The position numbers were made by a program, and so were the translations under genes. From an uncultured Chitinophagales bacterium (GTDB taxonomy: Bacteria; Bacteroidota; Ignavibacteria; UBA10030; UBA6906), in NCBI GenBank assembly GCA_964539775.1, contig CAZIKE010000002.1:7273-71272 (forward strand): a stretch of DNA of 64,000 nt, written 5' to 3'. Positions 48,043-57,820 of this stretch are shown one piece after another. Position 1 is the stretch's first letter; every line of letters starts with the position of its first letter. The notes under the pieces are model-generated. The model made no database searches and had not been told where the DNA came from. It saw only the letters and a program-made list of their open reading frames with translations.

Positions 48043-50814
48043 TCACGCCGGGAGAGAAAGAAAGAACGTTGCCCCTTTGTCGGCTTCTCCTTCCGCCCAC
48101 GTGCGGCCGCCGTGACGTGCAATAATGCGGTGGACGTTTGCAAGGCCAATGCCGGTCCCTTCGAACTCGCTGGAGCTGTGCAGTCGTTGAAACACACCGA
48201 AGAGCTTGTGGGCATAGCTCATGTCGAAGCCGACTCCGTTATCACGAACGTAGATGACATGTTCAGCGTTGTTGCCTTGCGTCAAAGAGCCGATCTCGAT
48301 GGATGCGTGTGTACGCTTCCGCGTGTATTTGACGGCGTTGGAGAAAAGGTTCACAAACACCTGGCGCAGCAGCGATGGATCGCCCTGCACATCGGGTAGT
48401 GGAAGGATCTTCCACTCGATGATGCGGCCCTTCGCTTCTGCGTTCCGTACCGTGGTGAGCGCTTCCTGCACCAGCACCGAAAGCGAAACGGTCGTCTTGA
48501 CCATTTCTGCACGCCCGACCCGCGAGAACACCAACAGGTCGTCAATAAGCTGGCCCATTTGCTTTGCCGCACGGGAGATGGTCTGGAGATAGCGCTTCCC
48601 CTTCTCGTCAAGTCGGTCTGCAGAATGCTGCCGCAGAAGATCGGCAAACCCGTCGATATGACGAAGCGGTGCACGCAAGTCGTGCGAGACGGAATAGCTG
48701 AACGCCTCGAGTTCTTTGTTGGCAGCTTCCAATTCTTGTGCGCGGCGTTCGAGGTCGTGGTTGAGCCGCTTGATCTGGTTCTCGATCTCCTTCCGTTCCG
48801 TGATGTCGCGGATTGCTGCACAGATAAGGATATCGTCTCCGCTTCCCAAGGGTCCCAGGGTGATCTCGACGGGAAACTCGGTGCCATCCTTGCGCAAACC
48901 GTACAGCTCGAGTCCGACCCCCATCGGACGGACACGCGGGGAGGCGAGAAAGGCATCGCGATGGCGAGGGTGATTCTGGCGGAAGCGATGCGGCATGAGA
49001 GTCTCGACCACCTCTCCATACAGTTCCTCTCGCCGGTATCCGAACATTGCTTCCACCTGTTCGCTCATCAGTTTGATTCTTCCCTGCGGGTCCACAATGA
49101 CGATGGCGTCGGGGGCAGATTCGAGCAGGCTCCTGAAAAGCTCTTCTGCGCGCTTGCGCGGCGTTATGTCGAACATCGTGGACCGGCTGGAGAGGTAGTT
49201 GCCGTTTGCATCCTTGATGGCTGTGCTGCTGAGAGACACGAAGAAGGTTGATCCATCCCTGCGTTGCATTTCAACTTCAAGATCATTCATCACGCCGCGC
49301 TGCTTGAATTCGGGGAAATTTTTCTCGAACGCAGGAATGCTCTTCGCCGAAATGACATCGGTAAATTTCAACCTCCCGATGACCTCCTCCCGTGTGTAGC
49401 CGAGCCATGCCAGCTCGGTGTCGTTAATGGCGACGAACGTTCCGTCGCCGGCGAGCGAATGATACCCGCAGGGCGCGTTGTTGTAGAGATCTCTGATTTC
49501 TTCCGATGCTCGGCGCAACTCCTCCTCAGCTCGCTGCCGTCCTACCAGGTCGCGATGGACCACAACATGTATTGCTGCAAGGATGAGCACAACGAGCACG
49601 GCAAGCAAGCTAAAGGTCAGGATCGTGTTCCGGGCATCAGCCTCCTGTTCCTCACGGCGAGCGGCCAACAGTAACCGCTCCTTTGTACTCATTATTTCGA
49701 TGAGGTTGCTGATGCGGGCCATTGCTGCAATGCCTGCTCCCTGGTGGATTATCTCCTGCGCGGCCGCTGGACCTTGTCGAAGACAGAGATTGACACTCTC
49801 TGTACTGAGTTGGATTCTTTCTCTCACAAGAGGCTCGAGGGAATCAAGCAGAGCGAGTTGTACAGGATTGTCTACCACAAGGTCACGCAGATGCTCGATA
49901 TGGCCATCAATACGCTGGGTGGCGGCGTGGAAGTCCTCTAACAGCTCGGAGCTTTGCGTAAGCACATACCCGCGCGCCGCGCTTTCCACGTCCCTCACGG
50001 TCGAAAGCGTTGCTTGCATTTCCGCCAGCACCTCATGCGAATGCGCGACAAGGCGGGTGGAGTTGATCGCTTGGAGCGTGTTGTGGTACGAGATGATGCT
50101 CACGACAAACACCGCGGCAAGCGCCGACCCGAACCCGGCCAGTATCTTCCGGTCAACCTCCATCGCGGGCGTCTTTCCTGCTGCACGCTGGCGGTCAAGG
50201 GAGGTCACGAGCAAATCCAGAACAACGGCTGATCCCAGAGTGAGAAACGCAAGAGCGGTGTTCAGCGCCATCGGAATCACCCCGCTGCTGTAAAGCAAAG
50301 GCCTGCCCATCAGATAGCTCGCGCAAAAGGCAAGTCCGAGCAGCATGGAGACAAATGCGAGCAAGCCTGCAAGGTTCTCCGTGCTGCGGCGTGCAGGCTG
50401 CATCGAGAGCAGGAAGATCGCACTGCCCACGAAGAAAAAGTTTACGCTGGTAAAGAATGCCATGCGTGCAAGCGGAATCTGGAGAAACTTTTCTGGTGGC
50501 GGATTGATAAACCAACGATCAACCCCTATTTCCAGGCCAAAGAGGAATTCCATAAGTCGCAGGAAAGCGATAAGGACGACTGCAGATGAGAGCGTGCCGG
50601 CAGCGATGTGCGCAAGACGTGTAGGACGATCCAGCAGCAACAACGTCATACTGAGGGCTAGGAAGGACAGGGCTGTGTTCGGCGCCATGGGGATGTAGGA
50701 TGAGCCGAGACCTGAAAGCAGGCGCGACTGCACAAGCCACCCAACGAGGGCGACCGATACGATCAGGATTGTCATCCACGTGCAGACGAGCGCTGCACGG
50801 CGCCCGTGCTTCAT
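48043..50814 (-). CDS. Membrane sensor histidine kinase (multi-TM N-terminal region, CHASE3-like domain, PAS x2, HisKA, HATPase_c); start uncertain (could extend to 50973)
   Basis: ~8 predicted TM helices. CHASE3-like helical segment (VAHSHEVLAEMQATLSTVRDVESAARGYVLT). Transmitter nearly identical to the downstream HK (SHDLRAPLRHIDGF...). Confidence 0.75.
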   Translation of the reverse strand: MKHGRRAALVCTWMTILIVSVALVGWLVQSRLLSGLGSSYIPMAPNTALSFLALSMTLLLLDRPTRLAHIAAGTLSSAVVLIAFLRLMEFLFGLEIGVDRWFINPPPEKFLQIPLARMAFFTSVNFFFVGSAIFLLSMQPARRSTENLAGLLAFVSMLLGLAFCASYLMGRPLLYSSGVIPMALNTALAFLTLGSAVVLDLLVTSLDRQRAAGKTPAMEVDRKILAGFGSALAAVFVVSIISYHNTLQAINSTRLVAHSHEVLAEMQATLSTVRDVESAARGYVLTQSSELLEDFHAATQRIDGHIEHLRDLVVDNPVQLALLDSLEPLVRERIQLSTESVNLCLRQGPAAAQEIIHQGAGIAAMARISNLIEIMSTKERLLLAARREEQEADARNTILTFSLLAVLVVLILAAIHVVVHRDLVGRQRAEEELRRASEEIRDLYNNAPCGYHSLAGDGTFVAINDTELAWLGYTREEVIGRLKFTDVISAKSIPAFEKNFPEFKQRGVMNDLEVEMQRRDGSTFFVSLSSTAIKDANGNYLSSRSTMFDITPRKRAEELFRSLLESAPDAIVIVDPQGRIKLMSEQVEAMFGYRREELYGEVVETLMPHRFRQNHPRHRDAFLASPRVRPMGVGLELYGLRKDGTEFPVEITLGPLGSGDDILICAAIRDITERKEIENQIKRLNHDLERRAQELEAANKELEAFSYSVSHDLRAPLRHIDGFADLLRQHSADRLDEKGKRYLQTISRAAKQMGQLIDDLLVFSRVGRAEMVKTTVSLSVLVQEALTTVRNAEAKGRIIEWKILPLPDVQGDPSLLRQVFVNLFSNAVKYTRKRTHASIEIGSLTQGNNAEHVIYVRDNGVGFDMSYAHKLFGVFQRLHSSSEFEGTGIGLANVHRIIARHGGRTWAEGEADKGATFFLSLPA

Positions 50815-51032
50815 CACAATGACACTAACGCTCACACCATTGCTCCGATAGGAGGTCGACGACTCTGCACTGTAGCAAGCGAAGCGGATGCTTGAGGGGA
50901 GACCATGCTCGTACGCAGGCGGAACACGTACAGTGTACAATTCTCCTCGCCGAAAATCAAGGGTAGCTCGCAACGCGTTGAAATTCCTTGTGCATTTGAG
51001 TATGTTGAAGTACGCAACGCGGCGTACTGTTC

Positions 51033-52448
51033 ATGGCAGTTCACCAACACATCGCCAACATCTTCATTGATCTCATCCCGGACATGTGCTTTGTCGTGTC
51101 GAAGGAGAGAGATGTGCTCGCGTACAACCAGCGGGCGCGGGAACTATTAGGCTTGCCCGAAACTCCCACGCATCCCGTTCGCTTCTACGAACTGTTAAGC
51201 GAAGACTCGGCGCGTCCGCTGCTGGCCGTGCTGATGGACAACAGCTCGACGCGCGAAGCGGAAGTTCGTTTCAAGGGCCTCAACGGCACAGCAATAGATG
51301 CCGTTCTGTCCATCAAGAAGATTTCCGGTCCCGACACTGAGTTCCTCTATGTCATTGCCCGTGATGTTTCAGAAGCAAAAAGGAAGGAACTGGACCTTCT
51401 TCGTTTTTCGAACGTCGTCCACTACACCGTCAACCCGATTCAGATTACCGATGCACAGGGACGGATGGTGTATGTGAACCCGGCGTTTGAAAAAGTCACC
51501 GGCTACACCAAAGAAGAACTCATCGGCAAAAACCCCAACGTTATCTCCAGTGGCAAGTACAGCAAGGAGTTCTGGGCAAAGGTCTGGGCGAAAATCAGCC
51601 ATGGTGAAATCTGGCAGGGTGAGATCGAGAACAGACGAAAAGACGGCTCGCCCATCTTTACACAGGTGCTCATCTCACCCATCGTTGATGCCGAGGGAAA
51701 CGTTGTGGGGTACCTGGGCAGCCATCGCGATATCAGCGAGCAGAAGCAGCTTGAACAGCAGCTCATCCACTCACAAAAAATGGAAAGTATGGGCACGCTT
51801 GCCGCCGGTATCGCGCACGAAGTGGGCAACCCGCTGACCTCCATCTCCTCCATTGTTCAGGTGCTGCTGCGGACGGTGCACGACGAGTTTGCCCGTGAAA
51901 AGTTGGCGCTTGTTCAGTCGCAGGTGCATCGCATCACGAAGATCATTCGGGACCTCGTGGACTTCTCGCGCCCCTCCAACTATCAGTTGATGCCCACCAA
52001 CATTGCGAACAATGTGAAGGAGGCGGTGGAGATCGTGAAGATGGCCAAGAAGGCTCGCCACGTCCACTTCTCGATCGACGTGCGTAACGAGATTCCGCTG
52101 CTTTCACTCGTTCCCGATCAGATATCTCAGGTGTTTATCAACATGCTGCTGAACAGCGTGGATGCACTGGAAGGCAGAAAAGACCCGCGCATCGATGTTG
52201 TGGTGGAACGCGACGATGAGTCCGTAAAAGTGAGCATCACAGACAACGGTAGCGGCATCTCCGAAGAGCATCTTCCAAAAATTGGTGAACCGTTCTTCAC
52301 GACCAAGCCGGTAGGACAGGGGACAGGGCTTGGCCTGTGGGTGAGTCAGGGGATCGTCAAGAGTTTTCATGGCGACATACTGTTACAGAGCAAGCGGGGA
52401 GAGGGGACGACGTTCACCGTAATTCTTCCACTGAATCCGAAGGACTGA
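51033..52448 (+). CDS. NtrB/AtoS-like PAS sensor histidine kinase
   Basis: PAS domains, H-box [16 protein letters not shown]1/G2 boxes (LLNSVDA, DNGSGI, GTGLGL). Confidence 0.85.
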   Translation: MAVHQHIANIFIDLIPDMCFVVSKERDVLAYNQRARELLGLPETPTHPVRFYELLSEDSARPLLAVLMDNSSTREAEVRFKGLNGTAIDAVLSIKKISGPDTEFLYVIARDVSEAKRKELDLLRFSNVVHYTVNPIQITDAQGRMVYVNPAFEKVTGYTKEELIGKNPNVISSGKYSKEFWAKVWAKISHGEIWQGEIENRRKDGSPIFTQVLISPIVDAEGNVVGYLGSHRDISEQKQLEQQLIHSQKMESMGTLAAGIAHEVGNPLTSISSIVQVLLRTVHDEFAREKLALVQSQVHRITKIIRDLVDFSRPSNYQLMPTNIANNVKEAVEIVKMAKKARHVHFSIDVRNEIPLLSLVPDQISQVFINMLLNSVDALEGRKDPRIDVVVERDDESVKVSITDNGSGISEEHLPKIGEPFFTTKPVGQGTGLGLWVSQGIVKSFHGDILLQSKRGEGTTFTVILPLNPKD

Positions 52449-52449
52449 T

Positions 52450-53808
52450 ATGGCAGAATCCATTCTTGTCGTTGATGACGAAGAGATCATCCGTGAGTCG
52501 CTGTCGTTTGTGCTCAAGAAGGAGGGCTACGATGTCCACGAAGCGGAGAACGGGAAAGTGGCATTCGAGATGGCAAAGCAGCATACGTTCGATGTCGTCA
52601 TTACCGACCTCGAGATGCCGGAGATGAAGGGCCTTGAACTGCTGGAACATCTGACCCGCATCAGTCCCGAGACGCTTGTCATCATCATCACCGCATACGG
52701 CTCCATCGAAAGCGCCATCGCGGCGCTGCGCAAAGGCGCGGTGGACTACATCCTCAAGCCGGTGGAGTTCGACGAGATGCTGCTCAAGGTACAGCGCCTG
52801 CTCAGTCACCGCCGCCTGCAGACCGAGAACAAGCTGTTGCGCGGGGAACTGCACAAGCAGTACGACTTCTCCAACATCATTGGCCGGAGCCCGGCCATGC
52901 AGCGCGTCTTCACGACGATCCAAAAGGTAGCACAGACCGACGGGACGGTGTTGATTACCGGCAAGAGCGGCACAGGGAAGGAGTTAGTGGCCCGCGCCAT
53001 CCACTACAACAGTCGCCGCAGCGACAAGCCGTTCGTGCCGGTGAACTGCGGAGCGATTGTCGAGAATCTGTTTGAGAGCGAGCTGTTCGGGCACAAGAGG
53101 GGGGCGTTCACCGGGGCAACAATGGATCGCGTGGGCTACTTCAAGGCGGCGGATGGGGGAACGATCTTCCTCGACGAAGTGAGCGAAATCCCCATTCACC
53201 TGCAGGTGAAACTCCTGCGCGCCATCGAAGAGAAGGTCATCACGCCGGTCGGCACAACGCAGGCGATACCGGTGGATATCCGCATCATCGCCTCGACCAA
53301 CAGGAATCTTGCGAAGTTGGTGGAAGAGGGGAAGTACCGCGAGGATTTATTTTATCGACTCAATGTGGTGGGGATCGAGCTGCCGTCGCTCAGCGAACGT
53401 GCCGACGACATTCCGCTGCTCGTCCAGCACTTCGTGGCGAGGTATGCGCGGGAGATGAACAAGGATGTGCGCGGCGTGGATCACGCCGCTATGAAGATTC
53501 TGCTTGCCCATAGCTGGAAGGGTGAGGTGCGAGAACTGGAGAACATCATTGAGAGGGCGGTGATCTTTGCCGAGGGGAACATGATCACCCCGAACGAACT
53601 TCCTCCACTGCTCAGCAAACGCGAGACGCCTTTCGCCTTCGATACCAAGAAGCCGCTGAAAGAAGCCGTCGCCGACTTCGAGCGCGAGTACATCAGCCAC
53701 ATGATGCGCCTGTACACCAGCAAGGACGAAGTTGCCAAGGCACTCAACATCAGCCTTTCCAGCCTCTATCGCAAAATCGAGGAACTGAGCATTCCGCCGC
53801 AGAGTTGA
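52450..53808 (+). CDS. Sigma-54-dependent two-component response regulator (NtrC family: REC-AAA+-Fis HTH)
   Basis: REC (ILVVDDEE...DLEMPEMKG), Walker [15 protein letters not shown] motif, ESELFGH, C-terminal HTH. 2-nt gap after the HK. Confidence 0.9.
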   Translation: MAESILVVDDEEIIRESLSFVLKKEGYDVHEAENGKVAFEMAKQHTFDVVITDLEMPEMKGLELLEHLTRISPETLVIIITAYGSIESAIAALRKGAVDYILKPVEFDEMLLKVQRLLSHRRLQTENKLLRGELHKQYDFSNIIGRSPAMQRVFTTIQKVAQTDGTVLITGKSGTGKELVARAIHYNSRRSDKPFVPVNCGAIVENLFESELFGHKRGAFTGATMDRVGYFKAADGGTIFLDEVSEIPIHLQVKLLRAIEEKVITPVGTTQAIPVDIRIIASTNRNLAKLVEEGKYREDLFYRLNVVGIELPSLSERADDIPLLVQHFVARYAREMNKDVRGVDHAAMKILLAHSWKGEVRELENIIERAVIFAEGNMITPNELPPLLSKRETPFAFDTKKPLKEAVADFEREYISHMMRLYTSKDEVAKALNISLSSLYRKIEELSIPPQS

Positions 53809-53817
53809 CTGACGCCC

Positions 53818-55329
53818 ATGCCGACACTTGCAGCAATCGATATCGGGTCGAATGCCATTCGCCTGCTCATCGCAGCGGTGCACGGCGACCGCAGCATCCA
53901 GGTCGTAGAGAATATCCGCGAACCGGTGCGTCTGGGGCAGGAGGTGTTCACCTCCGGGAGGATTGCCGAAGAGACCATCGAGAGAGCTGCCGAGGCGTTC
54001 ACACGCTTTAAGACGCTGATCGAGTCGCACGGCGTGAGCTGGAAGAAGGCAGTTGCCACCAGCGCCACGCGCGAAGCGCTGAACCGCGAGTTGTTTATCG
54101 ACCGCATCGAGCAAGCAGGCGGCGTCGAGGTCAGTGTCATCAGCGGGGAGGAGGAAGCGCGGCTGATTCACCTGGCCGTTTCCTCCAGAGTCCATCTCAA
54201 GAACAAACGCGCCATGCTCATCGACATTGGCGGCGGGAGCGTGGAGATTACACTCGTTGCCGACGGGCAGATTCTTTCCACCGAAAGCTATCGCATGGGA
54301 ACGGTGCGTCTGCTTCAAGTCCTGGGGGAGAAGCGGCACGGCGAGAAGCAGTTCAATCAACTTGTGCGGGAGTATGTGGATGCAACACAGAAACGAGTGA
54401 AGAAAGAACTGGGCAAGGAGCGGATCGATGTGTGCGTCGGCACCGGTGGGAATGTTGAGTCGCTCGGCGATCTGCGCAAAGAACTCTTTGGCAAGGACCG
54501 CAACTCGGTGATTGCCGCCGACGAACTGGATGCCCTCGTCCGCAAATTGCAGAGCATGACGTATGAAGAACGCGTCCAGCAGCTTCGGCTTCGCCCCGAC
54601 CGTGCCGACGTCATCGTCCCAGCGGCAATCGTCCTCCAGAAGGTGGTGAAACTCGCCGGTGTGGATGAGGTGCAGATCCCGGCAGTGGGGCTGAAGGATG
54701 GCCTTCTCATCGACATGATTCAGGAGCTGTACGGCGAGAAGAAGATTTCCCCGCGTGAACAGGTCCTCACGTCGGCGTTGCAGATCGGCAGGAAGTACAT
54801 GTTCGACGAGCAGCACGGCCTGGCAGTTGCGCGCTATGCCACACAACTCTTCGACGCAACGCGGGCATTACACAATCTTCCCGTCGAATATCGAACGCTC
54901 CTGGAAGTGGCAGCGCTGCTGCACGATGTCGGCAGCTTCATCAACATGACCGGTCACCACAAACACACGTATTATCTTCTGACCGCTACCCCGATCATCG
55001 GTCTCTCGAAAGAGCAGAACGCTCTTGTTGCCAACATTGCCCGCTACCACCGCAAGTCGTTTCCCAAGATTTCGCACGAAGGATACGCAGCACTCTCACC
55101 CAGGGACCGGGTGATTGTCTCGAAGCTTGCGGCGCTGCTCCGGCTTGCCGACGCGATGGATAACGAGCACGCGGCGAAAGTCGAGAGCTTCACCGTCGAA
55201 TACAAAAAGCCGAAATTCATTATCGCGTTGAAAGGAGAAGGTGATTTGCTCCTGGAAAAATGGGCGCTAATGAATAAATCTGCGATGTTCGAGCAGGTGT
55301 ACAATGTCAAGCTTGCCCTGGAGGAGTGA
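53818..55329 (+). CDS. ppx: Exopolyphosphatase/guanosine pentaphosphate phosphohydrolase (Ppx/GppA) with C-terminal HD domain
   Basis: N-terminal AAIDIGSNAIRLLIA, ASKHSD-fold motifs (DIGGGSVE), C-terminal HD motif LLHDVGSFI...HHKH. Confidence 0.85.
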   Translation: MPTLAAIDIGSNAIRLLIAAVHGDRSIQVVENIREPVRLGQEVFTSGRIAEETIERAAEAFTRFKTLIESHGVSWKKAVATSATREALNRELFIDRIEQAGGVEVSVISGEEEARLIHLAVSSRVHLKNKRAMLIDIGGGSVEITLVADGQILSTESYRMGTVRLLQVLGEKRHGEKQFNQLVREYVDATQKRVKKELGKERIDVCVGTGGNVESLGDLRKELFGKDRNSVIAADELDALVRKLQSMTYEERVQQLRLRPDRADVIVPAAIVLQKVVKLAGVDEVQIPAVGLKDGLLIDMIQELYGEKKISPREQVLTSALQIGRKYMFDEQHGLAVARYATQLFDATRALHNLPVEYRTLLEVAALLHDVGSFINMTGHHKHTYYLLTATPIIGLSKEQNALVANIARYHRKSFPKISHEGYAALSPRDRVIVSKLAALLRLADAMDNEHAAKVESFTVEYKKPKFIIALKGEGDLLLEKWALMNKSAMFEQVYNVKLALEE

Positions 55330-55333
55330 GAGT

Positions 55334-56266
55334 GTGAATCAGGTCCAGCATGTTGTTGATCGGCTCCCCGCACCGTCCGACACAGTGCCTGCGTTGGGGC
55401 AGGTGCTGATTGATTCGCTCGAAGAGCGCTGGCGCAAGTACCTGAAGGAGCTGCGACGCAGCAAGCGCACATGTTCGGAAGAGGCGATCCACGACTTGCG
55501 TGTGGCAACGCGGCGGCTGATCTCGACACTCATGATTGTCGAAATGCTGATCCCCGACGAGAAGATGGAGCGGATGCGACGAAGGCTGAAGCGCCTGTTC
55601 GATGCATGCAGTCCGCTGCGCGACACGCAGGTGCAGTTGCTTGCCCTTGAACCGCAGGTGGAACAACACCCCGAGCTTGAGACGCTGGTGACGATCCTCA
55701 AGGTCCGCGAGAGGAACCTCATCCGGACCATCGGCAAAAAGGCCGGCAGGATTGCGACGGCCAGGTGGAGCCGCATCATCGGTTGGATAAGGCAGAGGCT
55801 GCGTGAGCAGTTCTCCCATCCGGTGATGCATGAGGCGGCGACGGCGGTAGTGCACGGCGCCGCAGCCAGAGCGTTCAGCACGGCGGTCTTCTTCAAAGAG
55901 CGCGTGGTTGCAACGCAACCGCGAACGATCCATCGCGCGCGCATTGCGTTCAAGAAATTCCGATACACGATGGAGGCGCTCGCGCCCCTTCTGCCCCAAC
56001 TGGACAAGGAGCAGCTCAAAGCGATGGACGCCTACCAAACACGCATGGGGGTGATCCAGGACGCTGAAGTGTTGAGCGGCGTGCTGCAGCGGTTTGCCCA
56101 GGGACGCACCGTTTCCTCGCGCCGCAAACTTGCAGTCGTTCAGCGTGCACTCCGGAAGCACAAGCGCGATCTGGTCGAGGCGTACGTCAACGCGAGCGAC
56201 GAGATCTATTCCTTCTGGCATCAGCCGTCGTTTGTGCCGGGCATGAAGCAAGCCGCCACGCAATAG
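55334..56266 (+). CDS. CHAD domain-containing protein
   Basis: EAIHDLRVATRRLISTL, RMRRRLKRLFD and further RR-rich helices are typical of CHAD. GTG start with GGAGGAG RBS 7 nt upstream. The ATG at 55304 would overlap ppx. Confidence 0.7.
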   Translation: MNQVQHVVDRLPAPSDTVPALGQVLIDSLEERWRKYLKELRRSKRTCSEEAIHDLRVATRRLISTLMIVEMLIPDEKMERMRRRLKRLFDACSPLRDTQVQLLALEPQVEQHPELETLVTILKVRERNLIRTIGKKAGRIATARWSRIIGWIRQRLREQFSHPVMHEAATAVVHGAAARAFSTAVFFKERVVATQPRTIHRARIAFKKFRYTMEALAPLLPQLDKEQLKAMDAYQTRMGVIQDAEVLSGVLQRFAQGRTVSSRRKLAVVQRALRKHKRDLVEAYVNASDEIYSFWHQPSFVPGMKQAATQ

Positions 56267-56308
56267 AGATCACCGTCTGTTTTCCCATTGTTGTCAAGAG
56301 GCCGAGTC

Positions 56309-56812
56309 ATGGACCTGTTCATTCTTCGTCACGCGATTGCAGACCAGCGAGATCCCACCAAATATCCTGACGACTCGCTCCGGCCGCTTACCGAGAAAGG
56401 AATGAAGCGTATGCGGCGCATTGCGGAGGGCTTGCGTGCCGCCGGTATCACGTTCGACGTCATCTACACAAGTCCGTACACGCGGGCAAAACAAACGGCG
56501 GACATCGTGGCGGACGTGTTTGGTCTGCGCAACGTGCTGCGCGAAACGGCGACGCTCGCGGTGGACGGCGATCCGGAGGAATTGATCGACGAGTTGAAAA
56601 CAGCGGAGCGAGACGTATCCTCCATCCTGCTTGTGGGGCACGAGCCGTATCTCGGTGAGCTGATCTCGCATCTGTTGGTGGGAGATGCGAGTTTAGACAT
56701 CACACTGAAGAAGGGAGGAGTGTGTAAGCTGACGGTGGGCATGCTGAAGTACGGAAAGTGTGCGACACTCGATTGGTTGCTTCCGCCGAGCCTCTCCACA
56801 CATTTGGGATAG
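56309..56812 (+). CDS. sixA: Phosphohistidine phosphatase SixA (histidine phosphatase superfamily, branch 1)
   Basis: MDLFILRHAIA (RHG-like catalytic motif region), ...LLVGHEPYLGELI (H of the second motif). ~167 aa. Confidence 0.75.
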   Translation: MDLFILRHAIADQRDPTKYPDDSLRPLTEKGMKRMRRIAEGLRAAGITFDVIYTSPYTRAKQTADIVADVFGLRNVLRETATLAVDGDPEELIDELKTAERDVSSILLVGHEPYLGELISHLLVGDASLDITLKKGGVCKLTVGMLKYGKCATLDWLLPPSLSTHLG

Positions 56813-56866
56813 CACCCTGTTCCGCGCAATCAACGCGAATTCACACACGGGATTCTGGGGATCGAG

Positions 56867-57730
56867 ATGAAACGACGCGTTGCGCTGCTCGTTGTGCCGC
56901 TGTTCCTTCTTCCTTTCCAATCACAAAAGGAACGAGCGCCGGTCCACGGCCAGCAATCCATGCTCCACCGGTATGATCTTGCAGGGCAACCGAAGGCACA
57001 CGTCACGTTGCCGTCACGGCTGAAAGAGATTTCCGGACTTGCGACCACGGAAGACGGACGTTTGTTTGCGCATGATGACGAACGCGGCGTCGTCTATCAA
57101 CTCGATTACACCAGTGGCCGCATCCTCAAGCAGTTCTCCCTCGGCCGCTTTGGCGTGCGCGCAGATTTCGAAGGCATTGCGGTCAAGGGCAAATGGTTCT
57201 ATCTCGTGGCGAGCAACGGAACACTCTACGAATGTGTCGAGGGCAACGACGGCGACCGCGTGGAGTTCCGAACCTATCGCACGTTCCTCAACTCGAAGCA
57301 TGACGTCGAAGGCTTGTGCTATGATCCGCCGACCGATTGCCTGCTGCTGCTCTGTAAAGGCGATCCGGGCAAGGGGTACCGGAACTACAAAGCGGTATAT
57401 GCGTTTTCCCTCAGATCAAAAACCCTTTTGCCGAGACCTCGCTTTCTCATCGCACTGCAACGCGTGACGCGTTCCTCGGATGGTCATCGCTTCCATCCCT
57501 CCGGCATCGAGAGACACCCGCGGACGGGGACATTCTTTGTGATTGCCGCGCAAGGCAGTTCGCTGGTCGAGCTTGCCGCCGACGGGACGGTGCTTGCGCA
57601 ACAGGCCATCAACAAGAACGTTGACCCGCATCCCGAAGGGATCGCGTTCACGCCCGATCTTTCGTTGCTGCTTTGTAACGACGGGCAGGGCGGAACGGGT
57701 TCGCTCTCCCTCTATGCGCCGCGACAGTAA
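56867..57730 (+). CDS. SdiA-regulated/YjiK-like beta-propeller family protein (secreted)
   Basis: Signal peptide. Repeated EISGLA / DFEGIA / HPEGIAF blades characteristic of the SdiA-regulated (PF06977) family. Confidence 0.65.
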   Translation: MKRRVALLVVPLFLLPFQSQKERAPVHGQQSMLHRYDLAGQPKAHVTLPSRLKEISGLATTEDGRLFAHDDERGVVYQLDYTSGRILKQFSLGRFGVRADFEGIAVKGKWFYLVASNGTLYECVEGNDGDRVEFRTYRTFLNSKHDVEGLCYDPPTDCLLLLCKGDPGKGYRNYKAVYAFSLRSKTLLPRPRFLIALQRVTRSSDGHRFHPSGIERHPRTGTFFVIAAQGSSLVELAADGTVLAQQAINKNVDPHPEGIAFTPDLSLLLCNDGQGGTGSLSLYAPRQ

Positions 57731-57820
57731 GGCATCATCCCTCCTCTTCGTTCCTTGTTATTCAACCATGTTATAGATATATTTTTTTTCGAGAACCACA
57801 TTATTGAAGGGAACGGAAGA

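Noticed and set aside
53347-54846. 499-aa minus-strand ORF
   Set aside because: Antisense to Ppx/GppA-HD, whose plus-strand frame has ASKHSD-fold and HD motifs.
55307-56263. 318-aa minus-strand ORF
   Set aside because: Antisense to the CHAD gene. The plus frame has the CHAD HxxRxxxRRLR helices and a strong RBS.
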